Shown: positions 1-6,616 of the stretch, piece by piece
Layout: each line of letters begins with the position of its first letter
Position numbering within the stretch: position 1 is the stretch's first letter
Source: a virus
Taxonomy: Duplodnaviria > Caudoviricetes
Virus record (IMG/VR): IMGVR_UViG_3300027863_000132
Coordinates: 1-29,703 of that record
Length of the DNA stretch: 29,703 nt
Strand: one strand, 5' to 3'
The notes under the pieces: generated by a model
The model's input: the letters and a program-made list of their open reading frames with translations, nothing else
Told to the model about the DNA's origin: nothing
The model's database searches: none
Position numbers and translations under genes: made by a program

Positions 1-73
1 CGAAGCTGATGTCGGCGGTGGTCGAGCCGCTGGAAGCCGTCCCGAGAACGTAGTTGACCGGCGTGATTGCCAA
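1..73 (-). CDS. 5' fragment of a probable virion/minor tail protein (runs off the window)
   Basis: TTG start 1 nt after the stop of 75..611. Open to the window edge: MAITPVNYVLGTASSGSTTADISF, a Ser/Thr-rich start typical of tail proteins. Confidence 0.5.
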   Translation of the reverse strand, partial: MAITPVNYVLGTASSGSTTADISF

Positions 74-74
74 G

Positions 75-611
75 TCACGTCCAGCTTACGACGATGTTAC
101 TGCCTGACTGCGCCGCAGAAATGGTAGGAGGGGTGAATCCAACAGCGTAGACGCCAAAGTTCGCGTTCTGCGCCGTAATCGTGCCTAGGTTGGCGGGAAA
201 GTCCGGGTAGGTAAAGGAAATGTTGCCCCCAGTGTTGCCCGGAGAGTAGGTGTAACGATAATAAGCTGCGGAGTTATTGGGGCTACCGACACCCCACCCA
301 ATCCAATAGTACCCAGAAGTCAGAGACACCGGGGTTGAAAAGCTGAAAGCCCTCCAGTCGAGCGTCGTATCAGTCGCCTCAATGATTACTTCGTCCGAGT
401 AACCCAAGAGTGCATCTGGGGCTGGCCCTGTCTTATCTGAGTAAATACACGCACGCCACCATTGCGGGTTTGCCCCATTGCTGGCACAGAGGATGCGCAT
501 CTCGCTGACAACTGCCGCAGACGACAACGGGTAGCGGCCAAGGCGAATCCTGTTGAAGACCTGATTGTCGCTTGATCCGGGGTCAGTCGTGTATCCGAAG
601 AGAACAGACAT
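75..611 (-). CDS. Hypothetical virion protein, beta-rich, possible receptor-binding or accessory tail module
   Basis: 178 aa, rich in Tyr/Trp/Gly/Ser/Thr (LTSGYYWIGWG). Lies in the tail region. GC is about 53-55% in two sampled 60-nt lines versus about 72% in the neighbouring gene. Confidence 0.6.
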   Translation of the reverse strand: MSVLFGYTTDPGSSDNQVFNRIRLGRYPLSSAAVVSEMRILCASNGANPQWWRACIYSDKTGPAPDALLGYSDEVIIEATDTTLDWRAFSFSTPVSLTSGYYWIGWGVGSPNNSAAYYRYTYSPGNTGGNISFTYPDFPANLGTITAQNANFGVYAVGFTPPTISAAQSGSNIVVSWT

Positions 612-620
612 CGCTTACAT

Positions 621-1517
621 TCAGTTCGACTCGTCGAGGCTGATGGAGAGTGCGCCGGAAGCGATGGAGAACGTGTCACCGGCGTCAATCTGGACGTCAC
701 TCGTAAGTTGCTTGATGGCGTAGTAGTGGCCGATAGCACCAGAGGCGGTGTCCACGAGCGCAAGGTAGCGCACGGCGCCCCACGCCGTCCCTGCGGCGCT
801 CCATGAGTTCACGGCGGCAGCGTTGGTGATCTTGTAGCCGGTGCCGCTCACGGCGGCGGCGTTCCAGAACGTCGAGGACGTGATGGCGGCGCGGGCGTAG
901 TTGGTCCCGGAAGTGGATACCTCGGTCCCATTCGCCCCTGTCATCAGGTTGATAGCCGTGGCCGACGTGAACAGGGCCAGGTAGGCCGTAGCAGGGACAC
1001 GGTTCGAGGCCGACTGGTCGGCGATGAGCAGGTGCTGGAGCATGGCCGTCTTGGCCTCGGTCGTGATGCCCGCCAGCGTCGTGACGTCGAGCTTGAGCTG
1101 GAGAGCGGCGGCCGCGAAGCGCGCCGTGTCTCCCGAGGACGGGTCACGCGGCGTGGTGAGCGCGCCTCCCCAGAGGAGATTGGAACCGGCGAGGTTGCCG
1201 TCGAACAGCGCCGCGCCATTGATGGCGGGCCAGTCCGAGCCGACGGCCCATGAGAAAGCGCTGGTCAGCTTGTTCTGGCCGACCATGCCGTTGCCGGACG
1301 CGACGACTTCCCAGTTGGTCGAGCCGCGTGCGGCAAGCTGGCCGTACTGCGTATAGCCAGTGCCGACCATCTCGGTACCGCCAGTCGGCGGGTTCGATTC
1401 AAAATCGGTCGGGTTCGTGGAGTAGAGGCGGATGTAGGGGTCAGCCCCAGTCCACGTTACCCTACGGTAATACCAGTCGAGCAACTGCTGCTCTGTGTAG
1501 TTAGACATTCCTGCCAT
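621..1517 (-). CDS. Minor tail/virion protein with two tandem copies of an actinophage minor-tail (Gp80-like) domain
   Basis: AAGGAG SD. Repeat 1: YIRLYSTNP..GTEMVGTGYT..WPAINGAALFD..GDTARFAAAALQLKLD. Repeat 2: YLALFTSAT..GTEVSTSGTNYAR..WGAVRYLALVD..GDTFSIASGALSISLD. Confidence 0.75.
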   Translation of the reverse strand: MAGMSNYTEQQLLDWYYRRVTWTGADPYIRLYSTNPTDFESNPPTGGTEMVGTGYTQYGQLAARGSTNWEVVASGNGMVGQNKLTSAFSWAVGSDWPAINGAALFDGNLAGSNLLWGGALTTPRDPSSGDTARFAAAALQLKLDVTTLAGITTEAKTAMLQHLLIADQSASNRVPATAYLALFTSATAINLMTGANGTEVSTSGTNYARAAITSSTFWNAAAVSGTGYKITNAAAVNSWSAAGTAWGAVRYLALVDTASGAIGHYYAIKQLTSDVQIDAGDTFSIASGALSISLDESN

Positions 1518-1520
1518 TGG

Positions 1521-1610
1521 TCAACTCCTTTGTAGGTGCATCATGTGCAAGGTAGTGAAGTATCTTTGCGTTGATCCGCATCTATCGGCAAAGGTGAATG
1601 CTTCAGTCAT
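1521..1610 (-). CDS. Possible 29-aa leader ORF (MTEAFTFADRCGSTQRYFTTLHMMHLQRS)
   Basis: ATG preceded by GGAAGGGG, stop 3 nt before the next ATG. Overlaps a long inverted repeat, so it may not be coding. Confidence 0.25.
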   Translation of the reverse strand: MTEAFTFADRCGSTQRYFTTLHMMHLQRS

Positions 1611-1668
1611 GCCCCTTCCGGTGATTTGCGGTAAGCGCGGCTTTCCTGGTAGCCGCCAAGCTCTATGC

Positions 1669-1700
1669 AGTGTGCGTCGCAGCCGTAAGCCTACTGCCGC
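1669..1700 (-). promoter_or_regulatory. Putative late promoter copy (GCGGCAG-N19-CACACT)
   Basis: Intergenic, immediately after the stop of 1704..2165. Same bipartite motif and spacing as the copies at 15396 and 18632 (21180 has N20). Confidence 0.6.
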
Positions 1701-1703
1701 TCG

Positions 1704-2165
1704 TCACGAGCGCCGGAAGAGCAGCATCAGAAATGGAGTTGCGACGGCGAGGATGGCAGTCACATCCGCTGACTCGTGGTCGTGGTTCACGACCAACAGG
1801 AGGGTGGCGGCGAGCAGCGACAGGGAAACCGCCAAGATAGCGGTACGCTTGGCCCGGTCGGTGAGCCATGACTGCACGGCACGCTGATTCTGCTTGGCGG
1901 CGGTGATTTCTCTGACGACCTCGTTGACCGACTTCAGTTGCCGCTCAACCTCCTGCCGAATACGCTCGTCTGACTCCGCGATGTGGCCCTCCACACGCTG
2001 CTGCCACTCCTCCTCATTGCGCACGTGTTCGTCAAAGCGTCCCGACATATGGTGGGTGCTGGCGGCAATCTCCTTGATGTCTTTTCTGGCTGCGTCGATC
2101 TTCTCGTCCAGCATGGTGTAGGACGCGAGCAACTGGTCGATGCGGTTGGCTTCTTCTCTCGTCAT
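1704..2165 (-). CDS. Membrane protein, coiled coil plus two C-terminal TM helices (holin-like)
   Basis: Start reassigned to MTREEANR (GGAG SD). Heptad-rich N-terminal part, then hydrophobic AILAVSLSLLAATLLLVV and VTAILAVATPFLMLLF. Follows the tail genes. Confidence 0.6.
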   Translation of the reverse strand: MTREEANRIDQLLASYTMLDEKIDAARKDIKEIAASTHHMSGRFDEHVRNEEEWQQRVEGHIAESDERIRQEVERQLKSVNEVVREITAAKQNQRAVQSWLTDRAKRTAILAVSLSLLAATLLLVVNHDHESADVTAILAVATPFLMLLFRRS

Positions 2166-2184
2166 AGGCACGCTCCGGTCGCCA

Positions 2185-3942
2185 TCAGGTTGGGTGATGC
2201 CTGCGGTACCTGTGCCGCTTGTGTAGCCTGACGCGCGTGATGCCGCCAGCCGCCTCAAGTTGCTCGATGAGGATGTCTGCTGGCAGGCCAACCTCAAGCT
2301 CAACCGTACCGCCGTCTACGTCCACCGTTGACCGAGTGACGACCAACGGCCCAGTCCGGGCATAGTCAGTGTCAACCCAGTCGCCGCCCTGGATGTAGGC
2401 GCACGGCTTGGCGGCTCCGCTCGAGTACACGGTGATGGTCGGTACGCGCAGGGTCACAACGCCGGTCGCGGATCCCAGGGCCAAGCTCCGCGCGAGCTTG
2501 TCTGCCAGGAGGTCGGCGTGGCGGTCGGTGAAGTTTCTCCGCGAGAAGTCGACCGTCATAACCGGTGCTGCGGCACCACGGAACGGCCTACCGGCTGTTA
2601 GGCCAAGGTTCGTCGGGCCTATCTGCGTCGCGGGCGTACCGGCCGGGAAGCCGCTCGCGCGCCCGACGCGGCCGTAGACTAGGCGCACGGCGCTCGGGCT
2701 GCCAAGGCCATCTTCGGGGTGGTTCGCTACGTCCCAGTCGATTCCCGGAAGGGTAGGGTTGATCTTGTAGCAGTTAGATTGGCTGCGGATATCGCTCCAC
2801 TCGGTTCTCATAGGTCGCGCCCTGAAGACAATGCCGCCGGTAGCGTTTGGCCACCAGCCCCAAGTCACCAGTGAATCGCTCTGCGTTGCCAACTGGTTGA
2901 TGGCGCTGACGCCGTCAGTGTAGGGTCGCACGAGAAGGTTTGGGATGACGCTACCGATAGATGCGGTGTCGGTTGTGTCGTGGAAGCCGAGAAAGTTGGC
3001 TACCTCAACCATCGCCTCGTCTACGCGCCGAGTGTCGAGTCCGGTGTAGACGCGAACATTGTCAATACGCACGTAGCGGTCATTGGTCATCGTCGCGCCC
3101 TTGGTGTTGGTGCAGTACATACCGAGGGCTAGGTACTTCACTCCATCGCTCGGAGGAGTCCAAAAGCCAGACGTGTCGAAGTGAGCGTTCAACAAATGCT
3201 GCTCGCTGGCGGCGTCGCCCCAAGTCTTGATGACGTTGTAATCGCTCAGGAGGCGGCTGTCGGTATATCGGCCGCTCTTCGGGTAGATAAGAACGGCGCG
3301 CATGTGGTCGCCGAGGTTGGTCGAGATATCGCCCTCCATGCGCTTCACACCGTTTCGCGTCGGCATCATGTAGGTAGCGCCGAGGTAAGGGACGTAGCCG
3401 ACGATACCAAGTCTGTTGTTTGGCACCTTCTCTCCGTCGTCCAACTGAATCTCAAGGCAGTCGTCCGCCGTCACTGAGAAAATGCGATTGTTGCGCTTGT
3501 TGATGAGCCAACATGACCCGGTGTCGCAGTCGGTCCAGGTGAAAGCCAGGTCGCTGCGGTACTTAGCCATCTCAGTCACACCGCCGCACTCTACCTGAAC
3601 GATGGACTTCTCTCCCGCCGACCCGGCGCGTGGGTCGCTCACGATCCACCCCTTATAGAGATACGTGGTGACCGCATCGACGGTGTGGCTGATGCTCACC
3701 CGCGCGCCGCGCCGAAGCTCTTTGTAGTAGCCTGGTCCGGGGTTGTTCGGGTCCGGCCGGTATGCGCCTTGCGGGTCGAACGGGTCGGCAACGTCAAGCC
3801 AGAACGAAGCGGCCCCGCTGCCATTCAGTGTCGAGTCCCAGACGAGGCCATGCACGTCTCCCCTGCGCTCGGTCCCGTTTGACCAGGTGGTGCCGCCGAT
3901 CTTGACCGATAGGCCGCCGTCAAAGAGGCTAGTGAACGGCAT
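2185..3942 (-). CDS. Minor tail protein / baseplate hub (Tal-like)
   Basis: 585 aa. Hub-like N-terminus (LVWDSTLNGSGAASFWL..RVSISH..LYKGWIVSDP) and C-terminus (IQGGDWV..VVTRSTVDVDGGTVELEV). Position in the tail-tip cluster. Confidence 0.65.
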   Translation of the reverse strand: MPFTSLFDGGLSVKIGGTTWSNGTERRGDVHGLVWDSTLNGSGAASFWLDVADPFDPQGAYRPDPNNPGPGYYKELRRGARVSISHTVDAVTTYLYKGWIVSDPRAGSAGEKSIVQVECGGVTEMAKYRSDLAFTWTDCDTGSCWLINKRNNRIFSVTADDCLEIQLDDGEKVPNNRLGIVGYVPYLGATYMMPTRNGVKRMEGDISTNLGDHMRAVLIYPKSGRYTDSRLLSDYNVIKTWGDAASEQHLLNAHFDTSGFWTPPSDGVKYLALGMYCTNTKGATMTNDRYVRIDNVRVYTGLDTRRVDEAMVEVANFLGFHDTTDTASIGSVIPNLLVRPYTDGVSAINQLATQSDSLVTWGWWPNATGGIVFRARPMRTEWSDIRSQSNCYKINPTLPGIDWDVANHPEDGLGSPSAVRLVYGRVGRASGFPAGTPATQIGPTNLGLTAGRPFRGAAAPVMTVDFSRRNFTDRHADLLADKLARSLALGSATGVVTLRVPTITVYSSGAAKPCAYIQGGDWVDTDYARTGPLVVTRSTVDVDGGTVELEVGLPADILIEQLEAAGGITRVRLHKRHRYRRHHPT

Positions 3943-3981
3943 CAGTTAGCTCCAGAATCCGTCTATCCGCCGACGTGACAC

Positions 3982-4152
3982 TCACGTAAGCTCTCCGACG
4001 TCGACCGGTGCGTCCTCGCCTGCGTCACTCGTAGCGCGCACGGACTCGCGCGCGCGCATCTCGGCAACCTCTACCTCGGCGATGGTCTTGTCGACGATAG
4101 CCTGCGCGAGCTGCACGCCTAGCGCCTTGATGACTGCGTTTGCGTCTGCCAT
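3982..4152 (-). CDS. Small helical protein following the tail fibre (possible fibre chaperone)
   Basis: GGAGG SD before ATG at 4152. 56 aa, MADANAVIKALGVQLAQAIVDKTIAEVE. Confidence 0.6.
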   Translation of the reverse strand: MADANAVIKALGVQLAQAIVDKTIAEVEVAEMRARESVRATSDAGEDAPVDVGELT

Positions 4153-4169
4153 GGGTCCTCCTGATTGAC

Positions 4170-6227
4170 TCAATAGCCGCCGCTGGCGTCCACGGCGATG
4201 TACGAGTAAGTAGACGAGTCGCGACGCACGTACAGTCGCTTGGTCGAGGAGTCGAAGTAGAGTTTCCAGCGCTGGGAGGTGGTCGCGGAGTCCTGAATCC
4301 AGATACCGTCTTCACTCGTACCCGACACGAAGTTGGTGCCAGGACGAATGCCTCCACCGAAGACGAGGAGTGGACCGTCGAATCGGTTGTTGCCGCTCGA
4401 TGTGCCAATCGTGAGCTTGCAGTCGTTCGCCTCTATCTCAATCCGTGGATAGCTCGTTGTCCCAATCATGGCGATTGAGGCAGAGCTTGTGATGCCGCTC
4501 AACCGGCGCTCCGGCCCCTGAATGTAGAAGTTAGACGCGCTAGAATCACCCCACACCTGCATTTGCGCGTAGGTGTAGGCATCATAGAAGCGGATTTTGT
4601 CGTTATCGACGCCAGTGATTTCAACTCTTACGCCGCTCGCGGCGGTGCGGAATACGCCGCCACTCGTTAGTTGGAAGGTAGTCCCGGTGATTGTCACCCC
4701 GTTGATGTTCCCGCCGCTGATGTTCACGGCGGTGAGGTTCAGCGAGTTTATCTGCGCGGCGGTGACGACGGCGGCCTGAACGTCTGCGACGTTCAGCTTC
4801 GCGGCGGTGATCGAGCCAGCCATGATTTGTTCTGCCCAGACGGCGTTGACGGCGATGTCAGCGTGGTTGACCTGGACGGCGGTGACGGGTCCGACAGCGG
4901 CACTCTTGGGGCTCTCAACACCAATGGCGTTGACACTAGAGACGGCGTAGTATTTCGCCCCGTCGGCGTAGGCTTGTGGGATGACAACAACGTTGGCGCT
5001 GGTCGTCGCAACGAGCGTTGTCGGGTTGCTCGTGGAGCCCTGGTAGACCTTGTAGCTGATAGCGCCATCAGACACAACGCTCGTCCACTTCACCAGCACC
5101 TGGTTGAGTCCGGCGGCCGTAGCTGTGAGGCCGCTCGGAATGTTGCTGTCGCTCAGGATGTTGACGTAGCCGGTGTTCGTCGGCTCGACCACGCCCTGCA
5201 CATCGACTGACCAATACTGAATCAGGTGACAGCCGGGGTCACTCACCGTGAATGGTGCGGTGTACTGCGTGATGGCCCCGCTATCGACGCGGTAGTACGT
5301 CGCGGCAATAGCAGCGCCACCCCCGGAGCTAGCCGACATCGATACGGTAACGCTACCCCTAGACCAGCCGGTGTAGGGGGACTGCTGTACATTGGTGGCG
5401 GTCGTCTTCATGCCGGTCGGCATCGCGTAGGTGAAGTCGTTGGCCTCGCCGGGGTCGTCGCCCCACCCGCCCAGCCCTCCGGCCAGGACATCAACCGTTG
5501 TCCCGCTGGGACCATCCGGGACGGTCGCCTTGATGCTGGTGGGCGAGAGAATATCAAACGTGGCGTACTCATCACCGAAGGTGACGAACTCTGCGTAATC
5601 GAGGTTGGTGCCGGTGATTGTGACGGAGGAGCCCTGGAGGCCGGTCTGCGGCGAGATGCTTGTCACTGCGGGGACCGGAAGCGTCGGGTAGGTGTAGTGG
5701 TCAGCGGCGGTGATCGCGCTCATTCCATAGAGGTTCGTCACACTGACATCGACCGTACCGCTGCCCGGCGGGGAGATGGCCGTGATTGAGGTGTCGCTGT
5801 TGACGACGAATGAGGCCTGGGCACTGCCGAAGTAGACCTCCAAGGCGGTGGTGAAGCCGGTTCCGGTGATGGTCACATCCTCGCCGCCATCACTGGTGGT
5901 GGCGGTTGAGGGAGAGACGCCGGTGACGGTCGGCGCAGCGCCGCTCGTACTGCCGGGATCGCCAACATTCGCGTCATACAAGAAGGTGCCACCAGACCCG
6001 CTCCCGGAGTCGTCGTAGACCGTGATGCTGACGGTGCCGCCGGATGCGCTGTAGGGCACAAGACAGGCGATGGCGGTGTCATCGACGACTTGGAAGTTGG
6101 GGCCAGCATCGACGGCGCCGAACTTCACCCTTCGGACGGTGTCCGGTGAGAAGCCAGTGCCGGTAATGATGACGAGGGTGCCTGACGGCCCTTGTGCCGG
6201 GGTGACACTAGAGACGGTGACGGCCAT
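4170..6227 (-). CDS. Tail fibre/spike-like protein: 3x IPT/TIG, OmpL47-type Ig-like domain, FN3, fibre-like C-terminus
   Basis: Three repeats of V[ST]x[VI][ST]PxxG..V[TI]ITGT[GN][FL]..VxFG..[IK]xxxxP. Then TYYRVDSG..YTAPFTV..HLIQYWSVDVQGVVE, then FN3 (PSGLTATA..VKWT..YKVY..YAVSSVNAIGVES), then IMAGSITAAKL..ITGTTF..FRTAASGVRVEI. Confidence 0.8.
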   Translation of the reverse strand: MAVTVSSVTPAQGPSGTLVIITGTGFSPDTVRRVKFGAVDAGPNFQVVDDTAIACLVPYSASGGTVSITVYDDSGSGSGGTFLYDANVGDPGSTSGAAPTVTGVSPSTATTSDGGEDVTITGTGFTTALEVYFGSAQASFVVNSDTSITAISPPGSGTVDVSVTNLYGMSAITAADHYTYPTLPVPAVTSISPQTGLQGSSVTITGTNLDYAEFVTFGDEYATFDILSPTSIKATVPDGPSGTTVDVLAGGLGGWGDDPGEANDFTYAMPTGMKTTATNVQQSPYTGWSRGSVTVSMSASSGGGAAIAATYYRVDSGAITQYTAPFTVSDPGCHLIQYWSVDVQGVVEPTNTGYVNILSDSNIPSGLTATAAGLNQVLVKWTSVVSDGAISYKVYQGSTSNPTTLVATTSANVVVIPQAYADGAKYYAVSSVNAIGVESPKSAAVGPVTAVQVNHADIAVNAVWAEQIMAGSITAAKLNVADVQAAVVTAAQINSLNLTAVNISGGNINGVTITGTTFQLTSGGVFRTAASGVRVEITGVDNDKIRFYDAYTYAQMQVWGDSSASNFYIQGPERRLSGITSSASIAMIGTTSYPRIEIEANDCKLTIGTSSGNNRFDGPLLVFGGGIRPGTNFVSGTSEDGIWIQDSATTSQRWKLYFDSSTKRLYVRRDSSTYSYIAVDASGGY

Positions 6228-6616
6228 CAGCTAGTCCTAGAGAGAGTCAGTGTCACGTAAGCGCGAAACTGCTGGTAGTATTGCTGGTCGCGCTCGTAGT
6301 CAGGGTCGTTGCATACCCCGACGCCGAAGGAGACGCCATCGACGGTCAGGGTGTTGGTGGGCTTCGCCGTCTCGGTGCGAATCGCGTCGATTAGCGTCTC
6401 TAGGTTGGATACCGAGGTGCCCTGTACCCACAGTGGGATAGTCATCGGCGAATAGCCGTTGTCGCGGACATTCACCTGAGCGACGCCGCCCGAGTAGCTC
6501 GGCGCGTCCTCGTAGTACCGCTGCTTGGCGCCGAGGTTCACGCCCTGCTTGTCTACCGAGTACGTAGTTTGGTTATTGAGGTTGATTGAACCCAGCTGGT
6601 AAGTAGGTACTGCCAT
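6227..6616 (-). CDS. Distal tail protein (Dit-like)
   Basis: 129 aa directly after the tape measure gene with a TGATG overlap. MTIPLWVQG..LETLIDAIR pattern. Confidence 0.6.
   Translation of the reverse strand: MAVPTYQLGSINLNNQTTYSVDKQGVNLGAKQRYYEDAPSYSGGVAQVNVRDNGYSPMTIPLWVQGTSVSNLETLIDAIRTETAKPTNTLTVDGVSFGVGVCNDPDYERDQQYYQQFRAYVTLTLSRTS

Noticed and set aside
1595-1632. c-di-GMP-I riboswitch-like GCAAA...GGAA...UGAC on the minus strand
   Set aside because: It lacks the following GACGCAAAG core and a well-paired P2 stem; the similarity is superficial.
1-6227. Diversity-generating retroelement or invertible tail-fibre cassette
   Set aside because: No reverse transcriptase, invertase or adenine-specific repeat pair was seen. 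The protein repeats are old and diverged. Elements outside the window cannot be excluded.
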